Assembly (NCBI RefSeq): GCF_009914755.1 | Contig: NC_060928.1 | DNA from: the human T2T-CHM13v2.0 reference genome, Homo sapiens | Direction: 5' to 3' (one strand) | Length of the DNA stretch: 64,000 bases | Shown: piece by piece, positions 45,583 to 59,940 of the stretch | How positions within the stretch are numbered: the first letter of the stretch is position 1 | Layout: each line of letters starts with the position of its first letter | Program-made: the position numbers and the translations under genes | The notes under the pieces: model-generated | Database searches by the model: none | What the model was told of the DNA's origin: nothing | Seen by the model: the letters and a program-made list of their open reading frames with translations, nothing else

Positions 45583-47174
45583 TAGGACATTAATATTTTG
45601 CTATATAATAAGTTTCATTTTAGTCACTAGTATTTATCTTCAGATGGTAATCAAGTGTAGATAAAATCTCTAAGAATTAAATAACTTATTTTCATATAAT
45701 TTGAATCAATATCTGTATCTATTTTCTCCAGTAACCTAGATTTCACCTCATTTTCCTATTTTTTTTTCTATTTTCTACACCAATTCATTCCTTTTGCTAA
45801 TAAAAATAAACTATTTTAAATATATTTACTGTACTTTAAAATTACAATGTTGTACTTCAATATTCTTTCTTATACAAATGGATCAATTCTGACCCAATAT
45901 CAGTAGGGGACACTGTAAGTCATTTTTCTAATTTTGTTATATTTGCCTTCAAACAAAATGAAGGACAAATGGGACACAGTTGAAAATTGGACTTTTCTCA
46001 GATAATCTCATTTGATACCTATAGGTTTAATTTTTATTTTCATAGATGAATCTCTGTTATCTCTAAGAGCCAGAATTAGGTGGTGATGGTGGGAGGAGCA
46101 CAAAAGACCCAAAGCTAGAAGATAAATTCCCTCTTGTGCTCACACAAATGAGCTCATTAGATTTAATTATTCTAAATATTGGTCAATATCATGTCTCAGG
46201 TCAGAATAAGCATGACTGCAGGTACTCAGCATAGAATAAGAAAAACTACACAGAGCTCTAATACAGAAATTGATTAGTCTATTGCATAACCAGAGAATGC
46301 ACTGGCAGTTGTTAACAGAAGGATCAGTGTCGTATAAAAGCATCATATCAAAAAGTGTGCCCTCAACATTTGATGTGTTTTGTTGTTGTATGCCTAAAGT
46401 ATGTTCTTCCGTATCCTTTTTTATACATAGTCAATTTCATCAATCTTTTCATTAATGGTTTCATAGGTATGAATCTTAATTGTATATATTTTTGCTATTG
46501 CTACTCTAAATAATTCTGTTTTCTTCTAAGACATTTTTTAAAGTTAAATTGAAATTCTAAACTAATCATTTATCTGATGTCAAGTATGTGAAAAGAAATA
46601 ATAGGTGAAAATATTGGTCATTATTTACATTTAAAATGATTAACCTTACTAATTATTTGATAATACTAACCAAACAAAGTAAAATCTATTTGACTGTAGC
46701 AGACAAACTTTTTAATACTATCAAGGCTGTTCTAAGAGTATAAATTGTTCTTGAATGTCATTTGAAAATATTCATTAAACACTCAAAAATAAATATAAAT
46801 ATTAATGAATGAATATCATTCTTGGTTATGTCACCAGTTGTCTTATATGATGATTTTTCACCAAAAGTAATCACTACCAATGGCTAACAATGATGGATGG
46901 ATTGTACTAATTGTTAAGTATTTATATATGTGTAAGATAGTAGCTATTAAAATAATGATTTAGAATATTTCAGTGACATAACTTTGTTACTTATGTTACT
47001 TGAGTTGAGTTTATATCTTCTATGCTTTCAGATACATGGATACATGTATCTAAATGCATAAACATGTATTTATTCATATATTATGTGAGTAAATAATATG
47101 TTAATAATGAATAACTAATAAAATATAATACAAATACATTTTAAAGTTAGTTTTATTATTTATGAATTATGGGG

Positions 47175-47800
47175 TTATGCTTCTTATTGGTTGTTGATAA
47201 CAAGAATACACTTAAACTAATTTAAGCAGAAAATTTTCAATTCAAGGAATTAGGAGGCTTACATTTATTTGAAAATCTAGTAACCTAGATTTCACCTTAT
47301 TTTCCTGTATACTTTTTTCCATTTTCTACATTAATTCATTCCTTTTGCTGATCAAAAGAAACTATTTGCATGAGAGGACTATTTCTCCCAGAACAATAAT
47401 TCAAACTTAGTCTTTGAAGGGAACAGTGATGTAGTCCAAGATATCGAAGCTGAGTAATCAGGTAACATTGTCAAACATGCTGCCTCCAAAACCACACCAC
47501 TTTTTCTACAATCTCCACAACCAAACTGTTGAACCAACTATCACATTCACAAAGCTAGCTAGTAAACTCTGAAATTCAGTTGTAACTCAGCTTCTGCATT
47601 ACTTACAACACCAAAGGCATAGCCTTTATTCCAAAGTATCCGTGTTGGTCTTCAAAATCTATTTCACATGTAGCTACCTGGCAGTAGCCATATCCCATGC
47701 AAGATCTGAATTATACAAAAGTTTGGGAAGCCGTCTTTAACATCCCAGTTCCATGCACAGTAAAACACATGAGAATGAGCCAATCAATAGTACCTACCAT
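47175..47800. mobile_element. Old MLT1(J-M)-like LTR remnant
   Basis: aacaagaatacacttaaactaatttaagcagaaaa-type start; highly diverged. Confidence 0.4.
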
Positions 47801-47969
47801 ACATATATTTTCAATTGTTTCTTTTAGCTTTCATGCCTTTACCCAATAGTCTGAAACAAAGTTTTGTTTTAAATCTAAATATTCAAACACTGTCAGAGTC
47901 ATTAGAATCACACAGTACCTGTATTAGAAACATTAATAGAAATACAAATTCAGTAACCTCCTCCCAATA

Positions 47970-48113
47970 GGATCTCTTTCTGTCACCCAGGCTGGAGTAC
48001 GATGGCATGATGATAGCTCACTGCAGCCTCTAAGTCCTAGGCTCAAGCATTGCGTCTGCCTCTGCCTCCCAAAGCGAAGATGGGATTATAGGCATGAACT
48101 GCAGTGCCCAGCT
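47970..48113 (-). mobile_element. FLAM/AluJ monomer
   Basis: ctgtcacccaggctggag...atagctcactgcagcctc...gggattataggcatga. Confidence 0.8.
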
Positions 48114-48758
48114 GCCTCAACATTTTTTTAGCACTCTGTAATGGATTTATAATTTTCTTTAAAATGTATGCTGAAAGCATTAATTGTAAGGACTAAAAAT
48201 ATCTGGAATTGAATGGTCAGTAACTATTTTCAGCTATTATTCTGTGGTTAACTATATCCTACATTTTGTTTCATAGGAGTTTAAATCAGTTTTGCTTAAC
48301 TTGTACTAATCGGCATACACTATGGTATTTTATCAATAATTTCTTAAAGAGTAGAGAAATTGGTATTTTTGTTCATGTGATTGGCCATCCTCTGATGAAA
48401 ATCAAATGGCCTGGGTAAATAATGAAATTAAGGCAGAAATCAAGAAATTATTTGAAACCAATGAGAACAGAGACAATATACTTACTAAACATAAGATCTT
48501 ATAAAATTAAGTCACCTACAATCACCCCAAAATAAGCACTATTATCAGTTGCTTATATAATATTTATAGTAGCACTTATAGTATAAATATCACACATGAT
48601 TTTAAATTTTCTGTTATATAAAAAGACATGCAGAGACAAGTGAAATAAATTTTAACAGTATATTTTATTTTACCCAGTACTTGCCAAATATATAACATGT
48701 GTAATGATTAATTTTAATCATCAACTTGCTGGGTAAGGGTGCCAAGGTATTTGGTCAA

Positions 48759-49245
<487 letters not shown>

Positions 49246-51599
49246 TATATGTGTGTGTGTGTGTGTGTATGTATCCTATTGGTTCCATTTCTCTGAAGAA
49301 CACTGATTAATACAACATGTAATTAATATGTTATTAATATAAAATATTGAGTTATTTCACTTTCTATTTTATACTAAGTCATCAAAATCCTGTGTGTATT
49401 TAAGACTTACAACACATTTTAATTTGAAGTAGCCACATTTCAAGTGTTCAAAAATCACATGGGACTAGTGGTTACTATAATAAATGTCACAATACTGTGG
49501 TATCTGAAGCTTGTCTTTTTCTCTCTTTTTCACTGTTTAATATATTTTTTACATTAGCATATGCTTATAAAAACATTATTTTGATATCTACCTAGTACTC
49601 TTTCATCATATAAATGTAGCATAGTTTATTTTATGAATTTGTATTTTCATTGTTTAAAGTGTTTCTCACTTTTGAATCATAAATACTTGTGGCATCAGAA
49701 TTTATTTATATAAATGTTATGTTCATCTTGGTTGATTTCTTCAAGTCAAAATTTTAGCAATAGAATTCCTGGAGATAAAAGAGAATCAATATTTTAATGC
49801 TCCTAATATGCATTGAAACTGGATCTCAGTGGCAATGTTCCTGTACCCTTACTATACAAAGGGTTCAAGAATGCTTTTCAAATGTCACATTTATTTAAAA
49901 GAAATTCTAAAATGGAAGGGCTTTACCGCAGTATAATTTTATTAGTATTTTTTTAAAAAACTAGGGGTTTGCCATTAACTTGTGACAGTTTAGTGGGATG
50001 GCTAGAATATATTCCTTTAACTATCCCAGACTTTAGTGCCCATAAAAATAACCTGATGTTTGTATCAAACACAAATTCCTGGGATCTATTAACAAAAGAC
50101 TCTCATCCAGCAGAAAGACGGAGATCAGGAAATGGAAGGTCTGATAAGTCCCAGTTTTATTAAATGTAACAATGCTTTCTCAAACTGTGACATGGAGTCA
50201 ATTTTCATTTTTCAGTGCTACTAAATATTTTAGGTCAGCCATAGCATTTGCTTTAGGGGAAAACAGTGCTGTTTCCTGATATTTTTTTCCAATTTGAGGC
50301 CACAAAAGGAAGTATAATTCTGTATAATGGTGATGGTTCACACAAAATCACAAGGTATATTTAGATATACAGGCTAAGTAATTGAAATGTATAAAAATTG
50401 GGTAATTATTTCAATTAATTACCTCTGATTTCTATCACCTTGAAAATTGTTTTTGCTTTAACTGGAAGATACTTTGCTCAGCATACATCAAAATTAAAGT
50501 TTCTTCTGTTTTTTTTAATCACAAGCCAATTTTCTTGTGAATTTTACATGACAAGGTAGATTTCTCAATTGCCAAGAATACATACGTAATTAGTAAAAGG
50601 TCTGAGAAATTAAGTACACATTATTCAGTCTTTTCTTTTTCCATTATTTAATTTCAAAGACATTCATTTGTATTAGCTATTCCCAAGTTACTAGTCAAAT
50701 TTAAAAATGCTTGAGTCATGTTTCCTAAAACTATATATAATTTATGATCTGTTTCTCATATGTTAAACTTACAAGCAAAACTATGTTTTCTTGTAATTTG
50801 TAGGAGTCATTGATTTTTTTTGGTGGGGTGGGGCAGTCCTTGTCTTTTCAAGTACCATTAAGCTGAATAATGAGTGTAGCTACACTCATTAAGTAAAATT
50901 GTATTAAGTAAATTTTATTTCCTCTTAATATTTTCCTGCAGAGATACATTTTACAGTCTGATGGAAATGATGCAGAATCTCCTTTAACATCATCCTTTTG
51001 TCTAGAATCCTTTTTATTAGTCTCATTTTCATATAATCCCTCATGCATCATTCTTATACATTTATTTTCAATTTGATTATTTTTTTCTACACCGATTAGT
51101 ACCAACTGGATGCTTTGTTTGATGATTGCTTTTTGAAAACTGTCTTCCACACAGTGCAACTGTCTCTAGCAAGAAGTGGGAAGGAATCCTGATTATAAAA
51201 GCATTACAGCAATTTTTACTGAAGAACAGGGAACTTATTTATTCTTTCAAAAGTTTATTTTAGAACATGCAATTGCAAAGTGTTGTTGATTCAAGCAAGC
51301 CTAAGGGACTCTGGTCTCAGGTGATAATACAAACTGCATAACGTCTCAGCCACAGATGATTTCTCAAGCTCATAAAACATAAAATATTTAAATACGTGTC
51401 AAAAAAGATTTTCCAGTTTTAAAATAACAGCTTTTATCAAGCCCTATTTCTGAAACGTCCCAGTGCATTCTTTATATCTTTATCTAGCAAAATATGAAAG
51501 TATTAAGCAAAAATTTTTTTCATCAGAAACAGAAGAGTACCAAAACTGAAACAGTTTTTAATTACAGTCTACATATATTCATATTTCAATGTGTAGAAG

Positions 51600-51960
51600 G
51601 AACAGTAGTAAAAGATGAATCTGAAAATATGTTAAAGATCACACATATCACTAAATGACAAATAGGAAGTTAGGACTGTATTCATTAGACAATGGGAATA
51701 TTTACAAGTTTTAAGCCAGAAAAGTGGCATGATTATAATTGAGTTTCAGAAATGTAACTCTGAAGACAGGTGGAGAACTTATAAGAAGAGAGTCAAGGAA
51801 GTAAGTACCTGATACACTGTACTATTAGTATAAGAAAGCATGAATGAAAGGCTAAAGATTGTAGTCTTGAGTGTGGAAAGACAAGGAACAATATGGGAGT
51901 ATATTTCATATGTTGAATAAATTGGACACAGTTTCCAAATTGTGATGCACTGAAGGAATG
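51600..51960 (-). mobile_element. L2 fragment
   Basis: gttttaagccagaaaagtggcatgatt-type antisense L2 text. Confidence 0.5.
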
Positions 51961-52252
51961 GAAGAACATGAGCAACTAAACATCACAAAATGTTAATGTT
52001 TTAGAAAAAAGTGTAAGCAGTAACTTTTAAGAGGCATTTAAGCTTAGAATGAAAAAGGTTAGAAATAAAAGTTTACTGCAAATAAAATTGATGTCATAAA
52101 TTGATCAGGATTCTTTTTCAAAAACTTTATGAGAACCATCTCATATCTTATATAAAGCATAATATTCTAATGTTTGAAATTAATGCCCTTTGGAAATAGA
52201 TCCAACTAATACCACCAATCTTCTCCTACTTTACAGGAACCCACAGATATAG

Positions 52253-52559
<307 letters not shown>

Positions 52560-53639
52560 TTTTCTTTTTTTTTCTTTCCTTTTTTTTTTTTTTTTTTTTT
52601 AATAATTGAGTCAGGAGTGTGTGGAAGTTTTCTTCCAGGTGGAAAGATGTTAAATAATTTATCTTTGCTGGCCTTTCTCCCCTCTATTCACATACTTCTC
52701 CCCAGTTACTGGGGAGAGACTTATCTTATTATTAAAGTTGTTAAGAGAAACTAGACTCCTACAACACAACACCTTTCTTCTTTTAGGAGCAGACTACATA
52801 TATGAAATTTGTGTTTTCTCCTTTGCTCCTATACACTATAAAATTCAACCCCCATTCATTTTGGCCTCTGTTTGAATAAATAAGTCTGTATATCCTGGGT
52901 TTCTATATTAGGAATTTTAGAGGCTATAGCTTCTTATCTGGTCTCTAGGCATTCTTCAATTCATTAATACTTCCATTTTTCACACTTTCCATAAGTATTC
53001 ATTGAGTGTCTACTATGTGCCAGCACTGTTCCAGAAATGGGAGATACACAAGCGAACTTTAACAAATAATACTACTTTATGAGTCTCATCTGATACATGT
53101 TAAAGGATATAGATATGTTGATTCCTGTCTACCAACTTCTTATTTATCAATTGTTATAGAATTTGAGAAAAAGAAATGTCATTTATTAAATTTTATTTCT
53201 ACTCTTTTTATCTGCAAAAGCAACCAATTCTGAGAATTTTATTTGCACTCTCATGTCTTATTCTATTTTACTCAACTTGCAATACCTTTTCTATTTAACC
53301 TTCAATTTCAGTTGACATGCCACTACCTCAATTTTGTCACTGAGAGTGAAATTATATTTTCTTTTCTATGCTTTTTACTATGTTTTTGCTATGTTTTACT
53401 TTGTACTTTTTACTATGTTCACTTATGCTTTCACTGTATCTTTTAGTTTATACATAATTTAGCTAAGTAGATGACAGATTAAATAAACATGATTTTTATT
53501 ATGAAATATTTAAAAAATAAAAAATTAGATGTTTGTATATTCATAATATATTGACTATATTGATATATTGAATGCTATCTCAAAATCTTATATAATCAAT
53601 ATGCAATTTTAATAATTATTAATACATGGTCAATTTATT

Positions 53640-54720
53640 TTATACAAATCGCCAATACCTTTCTGAATATATTATTTTGAAATAAATTACAGGGAACTTA
53701 TCATTTAATTAGTAAATATTTTGATATTTATCTCTAAAAGATGAGAACTTTAACACACCCACAATTTTTCATTCCTGAAAAATAAATAGAAATTTCTTTG
53801 TAGCTTCAAATATGCAATTAATGTTGTATTGTTCAAAATTTCATTTTTCTCATAACTTTGTATTGTTTTCAATTTAATTAAACGATTAAATAAGTCCACA
53901 CATTGTGATTACTTGATATGTCTTTCAAATCTCCTTAATATATGAATTCTCACTCTATTATTTTGTAAGTTTATTTATTGAAAACTCTGTCTCACTTGTC
54001 CTGTAGAGTTTCCCACTTCAAATATTTTGCTGGTTGCATTCCTTCCCTTACCTGTATCTCAAGATACTATTTAACATGTTATTCTGGCTTCTTTATTTAC
54101 CATCAATTGTACTTGAATATAGTGTCTTAATTTAGCTTACATTAAATTTTTTGGTGAGTGTTTTTCATAAATGGCCAGTAATACCTCCATCAATATATGT
54201 ATTATGTCTACCTGTCTCCATTTAGTGATAGTAGTAGTTGTTGAATATCAATGCCTAGATTCATGAATCTATGGGCATTACAAATAGCGATATTCTAATT
54301 CTAATATCCCTTCTCACTGTACTAGTTGAAATACTTCTCTTTACTTACTTTTAGGTTACTCAGTGACATCAAAGGTAAAGTAAATGTTTTCTTTTGCTTA
54401 ATTTACCAGTTTAGAATAAAAATTACATTTTTTACAACCACTAAAGTGACCAACTAATGTTGTTCATTTGGTCAGCATGAAATCGTGGATACAATCATAT
54501 GTGATGTGTTTTAATCTACAGCAATTATTAAAGAGACTGATACAGTTTTTTATATTTGACCAATAGCTCCTGGGAAATGTTGATGTGATCCTGTTGGTGA
54601 TTGGTTTCCTCATCATAATGTGGTATGAGAATATATTATAGTTTTATATTCTACATTCCTGACTCCACCCCCATGAAGAGCCATGTTTCAAGACCACAGG
54701 ATGGTCAATATTGGATTAAT
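53640..54720 (-). mobile_element. Old L1MC-type 3' region
   Basis: ttgtcctgtagagtttcccac...ttttgctggttgcattcc. Confidence 0.5.
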
Positions 54721-55659
54721 TGCTACTGGACTTAACATTGCTAAGTGAAAGGGGCAAGTTGGAGAGAACTGTATGTCACTATCTAGTTAAGGTCAAATAT
54801 GCGAAGATAATATCTGTTTATAGTTTTTTTTAAATAGAATAAACAATAAAATAAATTTAGACGGCTATCTATTTAGGGGAGAAGGGGAAATAGCTAGAGG
54901 AGACAGGGCAAAAAGCTAGACTTTTTTGAAAATAACTGACAATAAAAATGTGACTGTGAAACAGTGTAAATATGTTAATTTTGAAAGTATAATCAAATAC
55001 AAAGGCAAAACCTAAATGTCAAAATAAAAATAAACAAATGAAGAAAAATATGCACCTAGTAAGTGACACACTATGCAGAAAGGGAATATTCCAAGGGATT
55101 CCTGAATTTAGGCATTTAGTTGTACTGTCAAATTGAGTAGTGCACTGTGGTCAATAAATAAACAAAATAAAAATGTAAAATAAGATCCTAAACTATTTTC
55201 AGTTATTAGATGCTTGTTATTAGTGTATACATGGTTCTGAGAGTATTGATTATGAGTAAATTATGAATAAAATAAGCAAAATATTAATTCAAAATATTAA
55301 ACCAAGTGTTATTGACAACTGGGAACTCTAACATGGAAGAAAGAGGATATAAGATGTAAGATAGGAGAATTTAAAAAATGTTTATTGGAAAATTGGAAAT
55401 TTTGGTAGAAGTTCATTATATATTTTATTTATATCTATTTGTCTATTTGACACATGTAGTTTTTAACTCTACATTCAAAATACCCAGAAACAATTCCATG
55501 TGATTTTATTCTGATAATTATTTTCTACTCATATTTTTGTCTCCCTTTCCTTCTGCCCATCACTTTAACTTAGGATCCTGCTTCTCAAATAGTAGAGGCT
55601 CAGAAATAATCTTTTTAATGAATTGAGCCTAGCTAGCATTAAATTTGAGAGACCAAATA

Positions 55660-58142
55660 AGCAGTCATTTGTTTTATTTTATTTTATTTTATTTTTATTT
55701 TACTTTGAGTTCTGGGATACATGGGCAGAATGTACAGGTTTGTTACATAGGTATACAGGTGCCATGGTGGTTTGCTGCACCTATCAACTGTCTTCTAGGT
55801 TTTAAGCCTTGCATGCATTAGGTATTTGTCCTAATGCTCTCCCTCCTCTTGCCTCTCACCCTCGACAGGCCCTGGTGTGATGTTTCTCTCCCTGTGTCCA
55901 TGTGTTCTCATTGTTCAACTCCCACTTATGTGTGAGAACATGCTGTGTTTGGTTTTCTGTTGCTGTGTTAGTTTACTGAAGATGATGGCTTCCAGCTTCA
56001 CCCAAGCCCCTGCAAAAGACATGAACTCATTGTTTTTTAGAGCTCCATAGTATTCTGTGTTGTATATGTGTCACATTTTCTTTATCCAGCCTATCATTGA
56101 TGGGCATTTTGGTTGGTTCCAAGTCTTTCCTATTGTAAACAGTGCTGCAGTAAACATACATGTGCATGTCTCTTTATAGTACAATGATTTATAATCCTTT
56201 GGGTATACCCAGTAGTGGGATTGCTGGATCAAATGGTATTTCTAGTTCTAGATCCTTGAGGAATCTCCACACTGTCTTCCACAATGTATGAATTAATTTA
56301 CACTCCCACCAACAGTGTAAAAGCATTCCTATTTCTCTACAGCCTTACCAGCATCTGTTGTTTCCAGACTTTTTAAGGATCACCATTCTAACTGGTGTGA
56401 GATGGTATCTTATTGTTGTTTTTATTTGCATTTCTCTAATGACCAGTGATGATGAGCTTTTTTTTTTCATGTTTTTTGGCCACATAAATGTCTTCTTTTG
56501 AGAAGTGTCTGGTCATATCTTTTGCCCACATTTTAATGGAGTTGTTTGACTTTTTCTTGTAAATTTGTTTAAGTTCCTTGTAGATTCTGGGTATTAGACC
56601 TTTGTCAGATGGGTAGATTGCAAAACCTTTGTCCCATCCAATAGGTTGCCTGTTCACTCTGATGATAGTTTCTTTTGCTGTGCAGAAGCTGGTTAGTTTG
56701 ATTAAATCCCATTTGTCAATTTTGGCTTTTGTTGCAATTGCGTTTGGTGTTTTAGTCATGATATCTTTGCTCATGCCTATGTCCTGAATGGGATTGCCTA
56801 GATTTTCTTCTATGGTTTTTATGGTTTTGGGTTTTACATTTAAGTCTTTAATCTATCTTGAGTTAATTTTTGTTTAAGATGTAAGGAAGGACTCCAGTTT
56901 CAGTTTTCCATATATGACTAGCCAGTTTTCCCAGAATGATTTATTAAGCAGGGAATCCTTTCCCCACTGCTTGTTTTTGTCAGGTTTGTCAAAGACTGGA
57001 TGGTTGTAGATGTGTGGTGTTATTTCCAAGGTCTCTGTTCTGTTCCTTTGGTCTCTATATCTGTTTTGGTACCAGTACCATGCTGTTTGGGTTACTGTAG
57101 CCTTGTAGTATAGTTTGAAGTCAGGTAGCATGATGCCTCCAACTTTTGAACATCAGTGAGAAAATCCTCAATAAATTACTGGCAAACCAAACCCAGCAGC
57201 ACATCAAAAAGCTTATCCACCATGATCAAGTCAGCTTCATCCCTGGGAATGCAAGCCTGGTTCAACATATGCAAATCAGTAAATGTAATCCATCACGTAA
57301 ACAGAACCACTGACAAAAACCATATGATTATCTCAATAGATGTAGAAAAGGCATACAATAAAATTTAACATCCTTCCACGTTAAAACCTCTCAATAAACT
57401 AGGAACTGATGGAATGTATCTCAAAATAATAAGAGCTATTTATGAGAAGCCCATAGCCAATGTCATACTGAATGTGAAAAGCTGGAGGCATTCCGTTTGA
57501 AAACTGGCACAAGACAATGATGTCCTCTCTCACCACTCCTGTTCAACACACTATTGGAAGTTCTGACCAGGGCCATCAGGTAAGAGAAAGAAATAAAGGG
57601 TATTCAAATAGGAAAAGAGAAAGTCAAATCATCTGTGTTTGTAGATGACATGATTGTGTATTTATAAAACCCCATCATCTCAGCCCCAAAACTCCTTAAG
57701 CTGATAAGCAACTTCAGCAAAATCTCGGGATACAAAATCAATATGCAAAAATTACAAGCATTCCTATACACCAACAATAGACAACCAGAGGGCCAAATCG
57801 TGCTTGGACTCCCATTCACAATTGCTACAAAGAGAATAAAATACCTAGAAATACAACTTACAAGGGACGTGAAGGACCTCTTCAAGGACAACTACAAACC
57901 ACTACTCGTGGCAATAAGAGAGGACACAATCAATGGAAAAACATTCCGTGCTCATGGATAGGAAGAATCAATGTCATGAAAATGGCCATATTGCCCAAAG
58001 TAATTGATAGATTCAATGCTATTCCCATTAAGCTACTATTGACTTTCTTCACAGAATTAGAAATAACTCCTTTAAATTTCATATGGAACCAAAACAGAGC
58101 CCATAAAGTCAAGACAATCCTAAGCAAAAAGAGGAGTCATTT
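55660..58142 (-). mobile_element. L1PA7/8 with 5' inversion (minus 55671-57146; inverted plus-strand ORF2 segment 57147-58131)
   Basis: TSD ag(c/g)agtcattt; ORF2 fragments switch strand at ~57147. Confidence 0.9.
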
Positions 58143-58396
58143 ATTTGTTAAAACTTTATTTTTCAAAATATGCCCATAATCTTGCAGGTTGCTTGGCATT
58201 GTTTGGTACATAAGGAAAAATTGCAGACACTACTATCTCCTTCCTGCCCATCAGAGCATCTTTCCAAAGAAACACACATATAGTACTACTTTTTTTCCCT
58301 ACTATTTGCAACCACATCTTAATATAATAAACTTTTACTGCTATTTTTCTTTTATAATTTTAAATATATTTATTTACTTTCTATTACAGAATGTAA

Positions 58397-58635
<239 letters not shown>

Positions 58636-59940
58636 TATATAGTATATATTACTATATACCCGAACTGTATATAGCAATTTTTATACATCTGCCTCAGCCT
58701 ACACATTACCATCTCTTTAACTCCTCAATATGCATGAATCACAAATTTTGGCTAAATTAATTTATTTACTGCTGATTCATTCGAAAGATAATGATTGGTT
58801 TATCATTCTGTAACTTTCCCACTGGACATGGTACATGTATTCCTTTGTTTAAATCATTTTCTACATACTTCTCTTTACGACCTTCAAAATTCTCAAACTA
58901 AACTTTGAAAACTCTGCTGATTACTTTTGACATTATTAGACTTATCAGAAAATCTTTCAGATTCTTTCTTTTCCTTTATAGAGATATTCCACATGAAACT
59001 TCCTCTTATCAGATCTTGTAACTATTGTATTAATTTTGATAACTTGTCTTCTATTCTGTTTGCCTCTTTTATTTTTAGGTTGCCGTTTCCTTAGAGTGGG
59101 GCTCTTCTGATACATCATGGAGAAAGACTACTTAGAGATACATTTCTTGTATTTTTACATATCTAGAATGTGATGGCTTAACATTGAAGAGACAGGTTTT
59201 CCAAGTATAAAAGTTAAATTTGAAAATAATTGTCTTTACAAAATGTTGAAGGTATTTATATACTCTTCAACTATCGAGAAGTCTGATCACAATATGTACC
59301 TTAATCTTTGTAAGTTTTCCACGTTATCTATAATTTTTCCTCTGGTAGATTTTGGATTTTTCTGCCTGAAATGGAGTTCTGAAAGTATATTAAGAAATGG
59401 CTGGATGTGGTGTCTGTCCCCATATGCTCGTCCTAGATTTTACTTTTATAAATATCAAGTAATCATATAATTAAATTATTTGACTGGGATTTTTACTGTT
59501 TGTTTTAGAAGTTTTCATATTTTTATTTCGGAAAGTATTCTTGACTTTTCCTTCTAAATCATTTATTCAGCTTTTGAGGCTTATAAATACCTTCTCCTTC
59601 TCTGATTGTTCCTTTTAAATCACATCTTTTTTTAAAACAGATTCAGTAACTTATTTAATATATCTTAGAATATTATATATTAATGAAAACAGTTTCTGTC
59701 TTCTATAGTTTGTTTATAGTCTTCCTTTTTCCTTCTCCTTCTCCGTCTTCTTCTTCATCACTGTGTGTGTGTGTGTGAGTGTGTGTCGGGGGGCATCTTC
59801 ATTTTCTTTATATTTGTTTTCATCGGGTTCCAAAATTTATACTTGGACTTTCATTTAATATCTGGCATTCCTTTTTTGTTTTCTTCTTGAAGACAGAAGC
59901 ACTAAATCAATTACTGGAAGCTCTACTATCATGGACACGT

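Noticed and set aside
50848-51159. 103-aa minus-strand ORF as a gene
   Set aside because: Non-ATG start, no recognisable domain, no convincing splice sites
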